A DNA stretch of 46,504 nt, taken from the NCBI GenBank assembly GCA_039831175.1, contig JBDONU010000022.1, forward strand, positions 1 to 46,504. The letters run 5' to 3'. This document shows positions 25,550-36,685 of this stretch, piece after piece. A program made the translations under genes and the position numbers. The notes under the pieces were generated by a model. That model was not told the origin of the DNA, did not search any database, and saw nothing but the letters and a program-made list of their open reading frames with translations. The stretch's first letter is position 1; the number at the start of each line of letters is the position of its first letter. The DNA comes from Nautiliaceae bacterium. GTDB taxonomy: Bacteria > Campylobacterota > Campylobacteria > Campylobacterales > Nautiliaceae.

Positions 25550-27181
25550 TTACACTGAAAACCCAACCTCTTTATACCCTCCAAAATCACTCTTTAACTC
25601 TTTTTCAATAACCTCAACAAAGTCACTAACTCTAAAAATATCATCCCCTCTCATAGCAACTTTTAAAGCCGTATTTTTAATAACTACTTCAATTTGAGCC
25701 CCCGTTAGAGGGTATTTTGCCAATTTATCTACATCAAATTCACCTTCATATTTTGCCTCTTTTGGAAGTTTTATCTTCCAAAGTTTTACTCTATCTTTAA
25801 AAGATGGCTTTTCAAACTTAACTTTAAAATCAAACCTTCTTGAAAAAGCCTCATCAATTGTTTCTAAAAGATTAGTAGTAGCAATTAATATTCCATCAAA
25901 TCTCTCAATTTGTTCTAAAAAAATATTTTGCATTTGATTGTGCATTTTATCTGCACTACTTATTGCATGAGTACTTCTTGAAGAGAGAAACTGATCAGCT
26001 TCATTTAAAAGCAAAACCGGAGGAGTTTTTAGCTTATCGCTAATTTCATAATACTCATCAAAAAGCCTTCTTACATTCTTTTCACTCTCCCCAACATAAG
26101 CTGAGAGTATCTTACTTGAATCAAGCGATAAAATTGGCTTATTTAAAACATTTGCAATTGCATAAGCGCTCATAGTTTTTCCAGTCCCTGGTGGACCATA
26201 AAACAAAATCTTAGCGCTCATTATATTATCTTTTATCCCCCATTTTTTCAATTTTTCCAAAACTTTCTCATCAAATTGGGATAAAAACGTATCAATACTT
26301 TTTTTAGTAGCCTCTGGTAAAATTAAATCATTCAAAGTAACCCTTGGTTCTAACAAATCAAACATCGTATCTTTAATTAAAATATTAATTTTATGATTCT
26401 TTCTTGAAGAAACTAAATTCTCTAAAATATTATCAGTAATATAATATCTTCTGCCTCCTCCAAAAAAATCACTCTCTTCAAAATCAATAAGTCCTTCATT
26501 TACTAACTTTGAGTCTAAATCAACCAAAGAAATATTATCAATCATCTCTTCTAAATCATTACTAACAACTCCAAGTAAAGTTTCTAACAATCTTATATCA
26601 TCGTTACTTTTTAAAAACTCTTCTCTTAAAAGCAAAAAGAAAATAATTTCTTCTTTTTCACTAATCTCTAAATTTCTTAACAAATCAACTAAAAAAATTC
26701 CCTCTTTTGTAGCAGATAATCTTTTTGCAATTCTTGTTTCAATAAGTTTTATTTTCTTTTTTATAAAAGGAATTTTTATGGAATGTTTATTCTTTTTTTT
26801 GTGCAAATACAATTTATAATAAAGCTCAGCCCTCTCAAACTGCTCTTTTAAAAATTGAGATTCCTTTTCATAAGGAGAATCAATAATCTCAACATCATCT
26901 TTATATTCTAAAATCTCAAAAAACAAAGGAGAGAGTGAAATAGATTTAAAATATAAATCAAACAAAGAGTTATTATAAAACTCAACATTTATAAGCTCTT
27001 TTTCATACAACTTTTTAATAATTTCCAATTCATCTTTATCAAGTTTTACCAAATCCTTTACCGGTACAACACTTTTATTGTCTAACTTAGCTTTAAGCAA
27101 AGTCTTTAATATATCTAACTCTTTATCTGATAAAATAGCAAAGTTACTCTCTTTTGGATTTTTTAAGAATTTATATAACAT
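25550..27181 (-). CDS. AAA family ATPase
   Basis: Walker A GPPGTGKT, YVGESEKN, Walker B variant LLLNEAD, SRH ATTNL..IDEAFSRRF; AGGAG before ATG 27181. Confidence 0.9.
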   Translation of the reverse strand: MLYKFLKNPKESNFAILSDKELDILKTLLKAKLDNKSVVPVKDLVKLDKDELEIIKKLYEKELINVEFYNNSLFDLYFKSISLSPLFFEILEYKDDVEIIDSPYEKESQFLKEQFERAELYYKLYLHKKKNKHSIKIPFIKKKIKLIETRIAKRLSATKEGIFLVDLLRNLEISEKEEIIFFLLLREEFLKSNDDIRLLETLLGVVSNDLEEMIDNISLVDLDSKLVNEGLIDFEESDFFGGGRRYYITDNILENLVSSRKNHKINILIKDTMFDLLEPRVTLNDLILPEATKKSIDTFLSQFDEKVLEKLKKWGIKDNIMSAKILFYGPPGTGKTMSAYAIANVLNKPILSLDSSKILSAYVGESEKNVRRLFDEYYEISDKLKTPPVLLLNEADQFLSSRSTHAISSADKMHNQMQNIFLEQIERFDGILIATTNLLETIDEAFSRRFDFKVKFEKPSFKDRVKLWKIKLPKEAKYEGEFDVDKLAKYPLTGAQIEVVIKNTALKVAMRGDDIFRVSDFVEVIEKELKSDFGGYKEVGFSV

Positions 27182-27229
27182 ATGACTCCTTTTTTGTTTA
27201 TAATATAATTTTATCAAAAAAGGATAAAG

Positions 27230-27886
27230 ATGCAGTTTGTATATTATGAAAATCCAACTTCTTACATTACTCTAAAAGGGGAGCTTCACAAATACCTTTT
27301 TAAAGTAAGAAGAGCAAAAAAAGATGAAATCATAAATATACGAAACTTAAAAGATGACTACCTTTATCAATATGAAATTATAGAAATTAATAAAAAAGAA
27401 GCTACTTTAAAATTAAAAGAAAAAATTCTAAAACCCAACAAGCCTCAAAAATTTTTCCACCTTGGATGGTGTGTGATTGAGCCTAAAAACATAGAAAAGA
27501 CACTCCCTACTTTAAACGAGATTGGAGTTAGTAAGATAAGCTTTGTTTATTGTGATTTCTCTCAAAAAAATTTTAAGCTCAACTTAGAAAGAATGAAAAA
27601 AATTTTAATCAATTCATCCCAACAATGCGGAAGAAGTGACATAATTGAAATTGAGATACTAAATTCTACCGATGAATTTAAAAAAAAGTATCCAAATTTT
27701 ATAGCGGTTGATTTTGATGGTAAAGAAATTGAATGTAAAGAGTATAAAAAACCCTTTTTAATAGGACCTGAGGGGGGCTTTTCTCAAAAAGAGAGGAAGA
27801 TATTTGAAGAGAAAGTAAGATTAAAAGGATTTATTTTAAGAAGTGAGAGTGCTGCTTGTGCTATTGCAAGTAAAATTTTACTTTAA
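27230..27886 (+). CDS. rsmE: 16S rRNA m3U1498 methyltransferase
   Basis: [37 protein letters not shown]. Confidence 0.95.
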   Translation: MQFVYYENPTSYITLKGELHKYLFKVRRAKKDEIINIRNLKDDYLYQYEIIEINKKEATLKLKEKILKPNKPQKFFHLGWCVIEPKNIEKTLPTLNEIGVSKISFVYCDFSQKNFKLNLERMKKILINSSQQCGRSDIIEIEILNSTDEFKKKYPNFIAVDFDGKEIECKEYKKPFLIGPEGGFSQKERKIFEEKVRLKGFILRSESAACAIASKILL

Positions 27887-28462
27887 CACATCCAAAATAA
27901 TTTTAGCAAGGGTTAGTGCTTTGAATCTATGAGAAATTTTATCTTTAATCTCACTATCAAGCTCCCCTAATGTCTTATCAAAGCCATCTGGAATAAAAAT
28001 TGGATCATACCCAAAGCCCTTTTCTCCTCTTTTGGTATCAATTACTCTTCCTCTCATAAATCCATGAGTAGTAAATACCCCATAAGGGGTAGCAAGTGCA
28101 ATTGCAGATGTATAAAAAGCTTTTGAAGTTTTGATATTTCTTTTTTTAAGCTCACTAATTAATTTTTCTAAATTCTCCTTATCACTCGCTCCATCCACTG
28201 CATACCTTGCTGAATAAATTCCAGGCTCCCCACCTAACGCTTCTACACTAATACCACTATCATCAGCCAATACAATATCATTTGGAAAAAATTTAGCAAC
28301 TTCGTTTGCTTTAATAACTGCATTCTCTTTAAAACTCTTACCATCTTCTTTTATCTCAAAAGGCTTTACAAAATCACTATATGCAAAAACATCATATCCT
28401 CTTAAAATCCTTTTTATCTCATCTAATTTGCCTTTATTTTGACTTGCTACAATTATTCTCAT
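27878..28462 (-). CDS. rdgB: Non-canonical purine NTP pyrophosphatase (RdgB/HAM1)
   Basis: [37 protein letters not shown]. Confidence 0.95.
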   Translation of the reverse strand: MRIIVASQNKGKLDEIKRILRGYDVFAYSDFVKPFEIKEDGKSFKENAVIKANEVAKFFPNDIVLADDSGISVEALGGEPGIYSARYAVDGASDKENLEKLISELKKRNIKTSKAFYTSAIALATPYGVFTTHGFMRGRVIDTKRGEKGFGYDPIFIPDGFDKTLGELDSEIKDKISHRFKALTLAKIILDVLK

Positions 28463-28472
28463 AAAATCTCCT

Positions 28473-30542
28473 TTATAAAGGTTTTGGAGGGGAGAAGTAA
28501 TAGCCTTGAAAATAATCAACTCCCATTGATTTTAAAAGCTCAAATATCTCCTCACTCTCTACAAACTCAGCAATTGTTTTTATATTCATCTCTTTTGCAA
28601 AAGAGACAATTGTTTTAATCATAATTCTTGATTGAGTATCTTCTAAAATATTTTTTATCAAACTTCCATCAATCTTAACCCCATCTGGATGGAGTTTTAA
28701 AAGATAATCAAAATTACTATACCCACTTCCAAAATCATCAATATAAATCTCACATCCAATTGATTTAACTTTATTTAAAAACTCTTTAACTTTCTCCGAT
28801 TTTGAAACATCTTCGCTTTCAACTATCTCAAAAGTTATTCTTTGGGGTTTTTCAAAGCAACTAAGCTTACTTATAATCTCCTCTCTCATCTTCTCATCAT
28901 CAATATCCTCTAATGAGAGATTTATTGAGACATTTATATCTTTTTTCTTTACAATATCCAAAACCTTATTAAACATAATATGAGTTATATCCAAGTAAAG
29001 CATAGATTTTCTTGCAATATCTAAAAAGAAGTAAGGCGAAATTACCTTACCATCCTCATCAATCATCCTAACAAGTGCTTCATATTTTACAACCTTTTTA
29101 TTTTTATCAACAATTGGTTGAAAAAATGGCTCAATTCTATTCTCTTTTATAGCTTTTTTTAATTTTTTAAGCCACAAAATCGTATCTTCATAACTTTTCT
29201 TAAAAGAATCCAAATCATCACCAAGGACAATATCTTTTTTAATCTCCTTTGCCTTATCCAAAGCAACCTCAGCATTTAAATAATCTTTCTCAATAATACT
29301 TCCTCCAATCCTAAATTTTACAATAATTTCATTATTATCAACAATATAAGGCTCCTCTAAAAATTTTAAAATTTTAGAAGCTACAAAGAAAAACCTATCC
29401 CTCTCCATTACATCATTAAATACTAACGCAAACTCATCAATATCAATATGATAAATCTCAAATTTATACTTCCTAGCAAGTTTTTTTAATCTATTTGAAA
29501 CCTCAACTATAAGTTTATCTGCAATCTCCGTTCCAAAATAGTTGTTAATTTCTCTGAATTTATCAATATTAACAAGCATTAAAACTCTTTTTTTGTAATC
29601 TTCTAAAAATTTATTTCTGTTTGGAATATGAGTAATTGAATTGTAGTAGAGTTTATGGAAAAGTTCTTTTTTATACTCTTTAATTGTTTCAATGGTTTTA
29701 TTTATCATAATTTTTAAATTTTCAAAATCCAAATAGTGCATTTTAACAAGTAAGGGCACATAAATACCTTTTGATACTTTCTCTTTAAAAAATCTTAAAA
29801 TCTCATCAATATCTGAAATTACATTTTTATAAATCCTATACACAAGATAAATCCCTATACTAAACACAAAAATCAGCAAAAAGCCATATATCATAAAAAC
29901 CAATAAAACCTCTTTATTAACCTTAGAAATTGGCACAACAATCGATAAAATTCCTCTTAACTCTCCAATTTTATATCCAAAAGCTTTATTACCATACCTC
30001 CTAACGAGTTTTTTATAGATAAAAGGCGGTACATCCTTTTTTGGGTCTCCGTGACATTTAAGACAAGATGACTTTACTCTAAGAGCATAAGCATAATAAA
30101 GATACTTTATAAAATTACCATTTATCATAGGATGATAATTATGTACTTCCCAAAACTCTTTTGCATCTTTATGAGTTTTAAAATAGTTTATCGCTTTTAA
30201 ATCATAATAAGTTGGCTTATCTTTTGGATTTCTATACCTATCAGAAACTTGCCGAATAAAAAGCTCTCCACTATCGGAAATAATTTCAGCTGCTTCATTA
30301 GTAACTTTGGCAGGAGTACACGCAAAAAAAGAGGCATTTTTATCAAAAGGTTTTATATGAGTAGAAATTTTAGACAAATAACTCCTATAAGCAAGCATCG
30401 TATTAGCAACCATTCTGGCTTTTTCAACTTCTTGCTTTACAAAAATATTATTTATCAAAAAATACAAAAGCCAAAACGAAAAGATAACACTAACAAATAC
30501 AATCACAAATGCAACAAAGACATCTTGCTTTAACTTCTTCAT
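28473..30542 (-). CDS. Membrane c-di-GMP phosphodiesterase: periplasmic heme-c (DUF3365/Tll0287-like) sensor, degenerate GGDEF, EAL
   Basis: Two TM helices flank RYRNP...CLKCHG...[15 protein letters not shown] position reads IDIDEF. EAL motifs [27 protein letters not shown]. Confidence 0.9.
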   Translation of the reverse strand: MKKLKQDVFVAFVIVFVSVIFSFWLLYFLINNIFVKQEVEKARMVANTMLAYRSYLSKISTHIKPFDKNASFFACTPAKVTNEAAEIISDSGELFIRQVSDRYRNPKDKPTYYDLKAINYFKTHKDAKEFWEVHNYHPMINGNFIKYLYYAYALRVKSSCLKCHGDPKKDVPPFIYKKLVRRYGNKAFGYKIGELRGILSIVVPISKVNKEVLLVFMIYGFLLIFVFSIGIYLVYRIYKNVISDIDEILRFFKEKVSKGIYVPLLVKMHYLDFENLKIMINKTIETIKEYKKELFHKLYYNSITHIPNRNKFLEDYKKRVLMLVNIDKFREINNYFGTEIADKLIVEVSNRLKKLARKYKFEIYHIDIDEFALVFNDVMERDRFFFVASKILKFLEEPYIVDNNEIIVKFRIGGSIIEKDYLNAEVALDKAKEIKKDIVLGDDLDSFKKSYEDTILWLKKLKKAIKENRIEPFFQPIVDKNKKVVKYEALVRMIDEDGKVISPYFFLDIARKSMLYLDITHIMFNKVLDIVKKKDINVSINLSLEDIDDEKMREEIISKLSCFEKPQRITFEIVESEDVSKSEKVKEFLNKVKSIGCEIYIDDFGSGYSNFDYLLKLHPDGVKIDGSLIKNILEDTQSRIMIKTIVSFAKEMNIKTIAEFVESEEIFELLKSMGVDYFQGYYFSPPKPL

Positions 30543-30573
30543 TTTTTAAAGAAATTATAACAAAATGGAGAGA

Positions 30574-33500
30574 TTAAATCTCCTCCATTCCGTATCTTAT
30601 GTGTTTTTCTTTTTTATGTTTAGAGATTAAATATCTCCAATAAAGAATTGGGACAACTACAACCGATAAAAGAGTAGAAGCAAGCACTCCAAAAATTAAC
30701 GAAACCGCAAGCCCTTGCCAAACTGGATCTAAAACAATAACCAACGAAGCTAAAATAATTGCAAGTGCGGTTAGAATAATTGGTCTAAATCTTGTAGCTG
30801 CTGCTTCAATTATTGCTTCATTAATACTTCTACCTTGTTCTAACAACTCATTTGTAAAGTCAATAAGTAAAAGTGAATTTCTAACAACAATTCCAGCTAA
30901 GGCAATAAATCCAATCATACTCGTTGCGGTAAAGTAAGTTTTACTATGGAAAAATATTAATGTAATCCAGTTCATTATCGCGTGTCCTGGAAGCACCCCA
31001 ATAAATGTAAGAGGTACAGCCGCAAGCACAATTCTTGGCACCCGGAAATTTTTATAGTATGCAACCATCAATAGATAAATTAAGATAACCGCAACTCCAA
31101 ATGCACTTCCAAGATCACGAAATACATCAAAAGTAAGCTCCCACTCTCCTCCCCAAATTAAATCATATTTTTTACCAGTTTTCTCATCAATAGCTTGCAA
31201 GTTAAGTCTTGGATTTCCATCATAAATAATTTTATATCCAGGAATTCCTTTTTCTCTTAGATAGTTAAAAATATCAAGAAGTGCGTATAAACTTCCTCTC
31301 TTATCCATCTCACCCGTAACCATTACCATTGGACGAAGATCTTTACTTGTAATCATTCCATCAAACGGAGCTGGGATAATTTTTACTATTTCTTTTAAAG
31401 CAATAAGCTTTCCAGTAGTTGGTGACATAATTTTAATTTTATCAAGCTCTTCAATACTATCTCTTGCTTTTTTATCAAACCTTACAAAAATTCCAACCTG
31501 TTCTTTTTCACTTGGAATATGAGCAACACTAACCATAGCACCCCTAATCCCCATTCCAAGGATTTTTGCAATTTGATCTGTCGTAATTCCATAAAGTGCT
31601 GCTTTTTCTTTATCTGGGATGATTTTATATTTGATAATTTGTCTATCTCTCATAATGTCAATATCAACAACTTTTGGAGTTTTTTTATAAATCTCTTCAA
31701 TATAATTTGCAAGTTTAAGTCTCCCCTCTTCATCTCCACCAAACACTTGCATAAGCAAAGTAGCAATAACTGGTGGTCCTGGTGGATCTTCTACTAATTT
31801 GATATTGGCGTTATAAAAACTACATTTACCTTGAATAATAGGTCTTAGCCTACTTACCATATCAATTGAACTCTCTTTTCTCCCTTTCTCTTTTGGATAT
31901 AGATTTACTCTAATCTCTCCATAATTCTCACCTTGCTTCATAGAGCTACCTCTTAAAAGCCCATTAAAATCAACAACTCCACTAATTCCAATAAACTGCT
32001 CAAAATCATGAATTTCTGGTTCTTTGCTTAAAATATCAGCCACACAATTGCTAACTTTGGTAGTAGCATCAATACTACTTCCCTTTGGCAAGTCAATAGT
32101 GATATTGAATGTATTTTTATTTGCACTTGGAAGCATTTTAAATAAAACTATCTTAAACACAGGCAAAGCCATACTTCCAAGTAACGCAACAATTAAAATA
32201 GTAAAGAATATAGATCTTTTTAAAGCTGAATTTAATAAAGGTTCAAGTATTCCTTTAAAGATTTTATAAGTTTTTGTCTTTCTAATATCAAATGGTTCTT
32301 TATTATGTTTATGCTCTGGCAAAAACTTAACCGCAGCCCAAGGCGTAAAGATATATGCAACAAGAAGCGATGCAAGCATTGCAATTGGAACATTAAAAGG
32401 AATTGGTCTCATATAAGGACCCATCATACCTGTAACGAAAAACATCGGCACAAACGCTAAAATAATAGCCAAAGTTGCAATATTTGTTGGATTACCAATC
32501 TCATTTGTAGCATAAATTGCCGCCCATTCTCTTGGCTTATTTCCAATTTCAAAGTGTCTATGAATATTTTCAATAACAATAATTGCACTATCCACCAAAA
32601 GTCCAAGTGAGAGGATAAGTGCAAAGAGTGTAATTCTGTTTATTGTTTGTCCAGCAATCATTCCAATAAAGAGTGTGATTGAGAGAATCAATGGAACTGT
32701 AAATAAAACTATCGCAGCCTCTCTTATTCCAAGCATCAATACAAGCAAAATAAAGATAATCACAAGTGAGATAAATAAGTGATAAATAAGCTCATTAACC
32801 GCGTGATTTGCTTTTTCTCCATCATTTCTGGTAATGTAAACTTTAACATCTTTTGGAAGAGTTTTTTTAAGCTCTTCCATCTTCTTAATCACCGCCTCAG
32901 CCACAAACACTGCATTGCTTCCTCTTTTTTTACCAATAAAAATAGTTACTTGATTTAGCTTCTGACCAACTGGAAATTTATTAATTTCTTTTCCGACAAT
33001 TAAAGGGTCAACATAAAACGCTTTTCCACCTTCAAAGTAAGTTTTGTGTTTATTTTGATAATCAACTCCATCTTCAACTTTTGCAATGTCTTTTATATAA
33101 ATTGGTCTTCCCATATAGTTTGCAATAATCAAATTCTCAACATCTTTTACCGATTTGATAAATCCATCAAATTCAACTGGAATTGAATACTTTTTATTAT
33201 CAGTCCCACCAAGTGGATAATCAACATTTGCTCCTTTTAAAGCCATTGCTATTTGACCAAGTGAGAGATGATAAGCTGCAAGTTTTTGAGGGTCAACTAT
33301 AATATTAAATTGTCTCTTATGTCCCCCTTTAATTCCCACAATACTTACATTCTTAACCTCAGCAAGTGGACTTAGAAGTCTTTGAGCGATTCTATAAAGC
33401 TGAGCATCATTGTAAGTTTTACTTGATAGGGCAAAAGTAACAATTGGTACTTCATCAATATCAATAGGTTTTACAAGAGGGGGCATAACTCCTTTTGGCA

Positions 33501-34044
33501 TTTTACCCATATTTTGCATAACTCTATCATAGAGTTTTGCCATACTTCTTACTTTATCTTCTCCAATCTTAAATCTAACAGTCACAATCCCAACGCTATT
33601 CATTGCCATACCATAAACATGCTTAACCCCAGTCATAGCCTTTAATTCTCTTGCAAGAGGCTCAACTACAATATTTTGAACCTCTTTTGAACTTGCCCCA
33701 GGATACATAACAATAACATTTGCAGCAGGCACATCAATTTGAGGATTTTCCTCTCTTGGAGTAAATAAAATAGCAATTATTCCCATAAGTATAAACACAA
33801 TTGCCAAAACAGGAGTTAAAGGATTTTTTAAGAACATTCTTGCAAGTTTTCCAGCAATATTGAGCTTTAACTCTTCCTCAACCCTCTCTAACTCTTCCTC
33901 TTCTGCGGCAATTTCTGCTTCAATCTTTTTTATCTCTTCTTCAAGGGTTTTAATCTTATCAATATCGCAACTACCAAGCTTTTTTTCTTGAAGCTCTCTC
34001 TTTTTTGCTCCTAAGAGTTTTTTTAAACTTTGAATTTTACTCAT
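30574..34044 (-). CDS. RND efflux permease (AcrB/CusA superfamily) with an N-terminal coiled-coil extension
   Basis: REENPQIDVP, GLLVDSAIIVIENI, GIVVRNSLLLIDF, RFRPIILT. Confidence 0.95.
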   Translation of the reverse strand: MSKIQSLKKLLGAKKRELQEKKLGSCDIDKIKTLEEEIKKIEAEIAAEEEELERVEEELKLNIAGKLARMFLKNPLTPVLAIVFILMGIIAILFTPREENPQIDVPAANVIVMYPGASSKEVQNIVVEPLARELKAMTGVKHVYGMAMNSVGIVTVRFKIGEDKVRSMAKLYDRVMQNMGKMPKGVMPPLVKPIDIDEVPIVTFALSSKTYNDAQLYRIAQRLLSPLAEVKNVSIVGIKGGHKRQFNIIVDPQKLAAYHLSLGQIAMALKGANVDYPLGGTDNKKYSIPVEFDGFIKSVKDVENLIIANYMGRPIYIKDIAKVEDGVDYQNKHKTYFEGGKAFYVDPLIVGKEINKFPVGQKLNQVTIFIGKKRGSNAVFVAEAVIKKMEELKKTLPKDVKVYITRNDGEKANHAVNELIYHLFISLVIIFILLVLMLGIREAAIVLFTVPLILSITLFIGMIAGQTINRITLFALILSLGLLVDSAIIVIENIHRHFEIGNKPREWAAIYATNEIGNPTNIATLAIILAFVPMFFVTGMMGPYMRPIPFNVPIAMLASLLVAYIFTPWAAVKFLPEHKHNKEPFDIRKTKTYKIFKGILEPLLNSALKRSIFFTILIVALLGSMALPVFKIVLFKMLPSANKNTFNITIDLPKGSSIDATTKVSNCVADILSKEPEIHDFEQFIGISGVVDFNGLLRGSSMKQGENYGEIRVNLYPKEKGRKESSIDMVSRLRPIIQGKCSFYNANIKLVEDPPGPPVIATLLMQVFGGDEEGRLKLANYIEEIYKKTPKVVDIDIMRDRQIIKYKIIPDKEKAALYGITTDQIAKILGMGIRGAMVSVAHIPSEKEQVGIFVRFDKKARDSIEELDKIKIMSPTTGKLIALKEIVKIIPAPFDGMITSKDLRPMVMVTGEMDKRGSLYALLDIFNYLREKGIPGYKIIYDGNPRLNLQAIDEKTGKKYDLIWGGEWELTFDVFRDLGSAFGVAVILIYLLMVAYYKNFRVPRIVLAAVPLTFIGVLPGHAIMNWITLIFFHSKTYFTATSMIGFIALAGIVVRNSLLLIDFTNELLEQGRSINEAIIEAAATRFRPIILTALAIILASLVIVLDPVWQGLAVSLIFGVLASTLLSVVVVPILYWRYLISKHKKEKHIRYGMEEI

Positions 34045-34053
34045 TCACAACTC

Positions 34054-35091
34054 CTATAATCTTTGTCCATCAACTAAATTTGCTGGTGGATAAAGAATTA
34101 TTCTCTCACCACCTCTTAATCCTTTAACTGCAATAAAATCTTTAATTTGAGCAATTTGCTCAACTGGTACAAAATGAACAACATTTGAATTATCAACAAC
34201 AAAAACTCCAACTATTCCGCCTCTTGTAGTCAAGGCAGCAAAAGGTACTAACACAGCCTCTTTTTTACCAAGAGTTACAATTGCTTTTGCATACATTCCA
34301 GGAAGGAGCCCTTTATGGTTTTTAAAAGAGTATTTAACTACAAAAGAGTGAGTAAAACTATCTCCTGCTGGAATAATAGTGCTAACTTTTGCGTCATAAC
34401 TCTTTTTAAGAGCTGGCACATAAATTTTAACTGGCATTCCTACTCTAAATTTATCAATATCACTCTCTTTAATTGTGCTTTTTGCTTTAATAAAGTGAAT
34501 ATCACTAAGCACAATTACTGGATATCCAGGAAGTGCCATTTCCGCTACTTTTTTCATTTTAGAAGTTACAACTCCATCAATTGGAGAAGTTACTTTTGCG
34601 TATTTCATTTGAGCTTTTGCCCTATTAAGTCCCGCCTTAGCCTGCTTTAACATACCTCTTGCCATTTCAACTTGTTTTTGTCTAATTTGCATCATAAGTT
34701 TCATTTTTTCAAAATCTCTTTTACTAACTGCTCCGTTTTGATAGAGATTTTTAAATCTATCATAATCTTTTTTAGCATCGGCAAAACTCATCTCTGCCAT
34801 CAAAAGTCCACTTCTTGCTTGAATAACCGCTCCTCTTGCTTGATTAATCATTGAATAAATATCAGCTGGGTCAACCTCAAACAAAGTCTCACCCTTTTTT
34901 ACTAAGTCGCCCTCTTCAACAGAAATTGACTTAATATATCCCATAAGCCTTGTAGATACCATTACTTGTTTTGGCGAATAAATTTGAGCAATATAACTTT
35001 TTTTGATATCTATTGTCTTTTTTATAGCTGTTGCAAACTCTAAGGCAAATAGAGATGCTACACTAAGACCAATTGCAATTAATTTCTTCAT
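34054..35091 (-). CDS. RND membrane fusion (periplasmic adaptor) protein
   Basis: Signal peptide, VEEGDLVKKGETL lipoyl-like motif, helical hairpin, SPIDGVV, LLPGMY. Confidence 0.93.
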   Translation of the reverse strand: MKKLIAIGLSVASLFALEFATAIKKTIDIKKSYIAQIYSPKQVMVSTRLMGYIKSISVEEGDLVKKGETLFEVDPADIYSMINQARGAVIQARSGLLMAEMSFADAKKDYDRFKNLYQNGAVSKRDFEKMKLMMQIRQKQVEMARGMLKQAKAGLNRAKAQMKYAKVTSPIDGVVTSKMKKVAEMALPGYPVIVLSDIHFIKAKSTIKESDIDKFRVGMPVKIYVPALKKSYDAKVSTIIPAGDSFTHSFVVKYSFKNHKGLLPGMYAKAIVTLGKKEAVLVPFAALTTRGGIVGVFVVDNSNVVHFVPVEQIAQIKDFIAVKGLRGGERIILYPPANLVDGQRL

Positions 35092-36590
35092 TTACTCTCC
35101 TTTAATAACTTTTCTAAGGAATTTAAATCAATCCTATAAAGCATTTTTTTATTTTGCAAAGATTTAACTTGATTAACCAAATCTCCCATTGCTTCTTTAA
35201 GCTCAGCCGCTGCCATTGCTTCATCATATTTCGCTTTAATAAGCTCAGCTCTTGCTTTTCTTGCATCAGCTTCTTTCATCAAAAGAATTGGCATACTAAC
35301 CATCCCCTGTTTATACATATATTCATACTTTTTTAATATCTCTTCTGCAAGTTCTTTATTTGCAATTTTCTCTTTTACAATCGCCTTTTTAGCTTTGTAA
35401 TTTAGATACTTCTGCTCCACATCAAGTAAAACTCCTCTTTTCATATATTTATAATAATATCCCGTTTGAATAGCTGAGAGTTTTGCCTGTTGAATTTTTG
35501 CTCCAATACTCTTATCAAAAATATTCCATTTAAGTCCAGCCGCTGCTAAATAGTAATCTTTATCCGAAGAGAGAGTTGGAGTATTATCATTCCACCCATA
35601 TTCAAGATGAGCTCCAACCATTGGATATTTAGCTGATTCTTCAAATTTTACTTTTGCTTGCATAGTTTCTACATTTTTATGCATCCACTTCAAATCCCCT
35701 CTATTTTTAAGAGCGATCTTTTGAAGAGTCTTTAAAGATGCGTTTTTTGGAATTAAAGTTTTAAAATCTTTAACTCCACTTATATACTCATCTACTGTTA
35801 AAAACCTAAGATAGCTAAGTGCAAGAGCATATTTATTCTTTGCCTCAATCAACATTGCATCAATCTCTTTATCTCTTTTTTCTACTTGCAATAAATCAGT
35901 TTTAGTAGCCATACCCTGAGAATAAAAATCTTTTACAACTTTCACAAAAGTAGAAGTTGTCTCTTTTGCTTTTTGAAGTGCCTTTATAAAATATTTAGCT
36001 GCCACAGCTCCATTATAAGCTTTTAAGACTTCAACCCCAAGTTTATTTTTATCTTGACTATATTTAAACTTATTTGCCAACACTTGAAGCTTAGCCATCT
36101 TTTTTGCATAAGTTAATTTCCAACCCGTAAAAATTGGAACTTCATACACAAACTTTGTCTTAAAATTCGTCCTACTTCCTGGATAGTTTAGGTCTTTTGA
36201 TGCCGTATTTAAAAGCCTATTTGCCATTGTAGGGTCTGTCATATAAGATTTAAAAGTTTTAAAATCCGAAGAGTTAGCCAAAACTTGTCCAACCCCTCCT
36301 AAAAAATCAGCAAAACCAAAATCTCTAAATGTAGCCTCCCTACTTTCAAGTTTCATTCCAAACACATACATTGCATTATTTGTTCTACTAACCTCTTCAC
36401 TAAAAATAAGCTTTCCCCAATCATAACTTTTAGCCTCTTCCAATTTAGCCTTAGCTTTGTCAATTTTCATTTTTTTTGCTTTAAGTTCTAAATTATTATT
36501 TAAAGCCTCATTTAAAGCCTCATTAAAACTTATAGTCTTAGCAAAAAGAATAGTCGACAAAGCGGCTGAGAAGATTAAAATTTTTTTCAT
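35088..36590 (-). CDS. TolC family outer membrane efflux protein
   Basis: Signal peptide MKKILIFSAALSTILFA, EAL..NLEL, PIFTG, Y.QG...KTDLL repeats; AAGGAG RBS. Confidence 0.92.
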   Translation of the reverse strand: MKKILIFSAALSTILFAKTISFNEALNEALNNNLELKAKKMKIDKAKAKLEEAKSYDWGKLIFSEEVSRTNNAMYVFGMKLESREATFRDFGFADFLGGVGQVLANSSDFKTFKSYMTDPTMANRLLNTASKDLNYPGSRTNFKTKFVYEVPIFTGWKLTYAKKMAKLQVLANKFKYSQDKNKLGVEVLKAYNGAVAAKYFIKALQKAKETTSTFVKVVKDFYSQGMATKTDLLQVEKRDKEIDAMLIEAKNKYALALSYLRFLTVDEYISGVKDFKTLIPKNASLKTLQKIALKNRGDLKWMHKNVETMQAKVKFEESAKYPMVGAHLEYGWNDNTPTLSSDKDYYLAAAGLKWNIFDKSIGAKIQQAKLSAIQTGYYYKYMKRGVLLDVEQKYLNYKAKKAIVKEKIANKELAEEILKKYEYMYKQGMVSMPILLMKEADARKARAELIKAKYDEAMAAAELKEAMGDLVNQVKSLQNKKMLYRIDLNSLEKLLKESK

Positions 36591-36685
36591 ACCGCTCCTT
36601 TTTTGGATGAATTTTAACAAAACTTTAATAATGATTAATAGCTTATAAGAAAAAGTTATGAGAAAAAAAGAAAAAGAAAAAAGTA

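Noticed and set aside
3643-36590. A single sulfur-metabolism island joining FTR-rhodanese, the headless complex, the heme sensor and the RND pump
   Set aside because: The loci are separated by core genes (rplM, miaA, rsmE, rdgB). I saw no integrase, tRNA, flanking repeats or obvious composition shift. Any functional link is unsupported by position.
36624-36685. TTAT(A/G)AGAAAAA and TTAATA repeats upstream of the tolC-like gene
   Set aside because: Nearly all A/T in an AT-rich spacer; not distinguishable from chance by eye.
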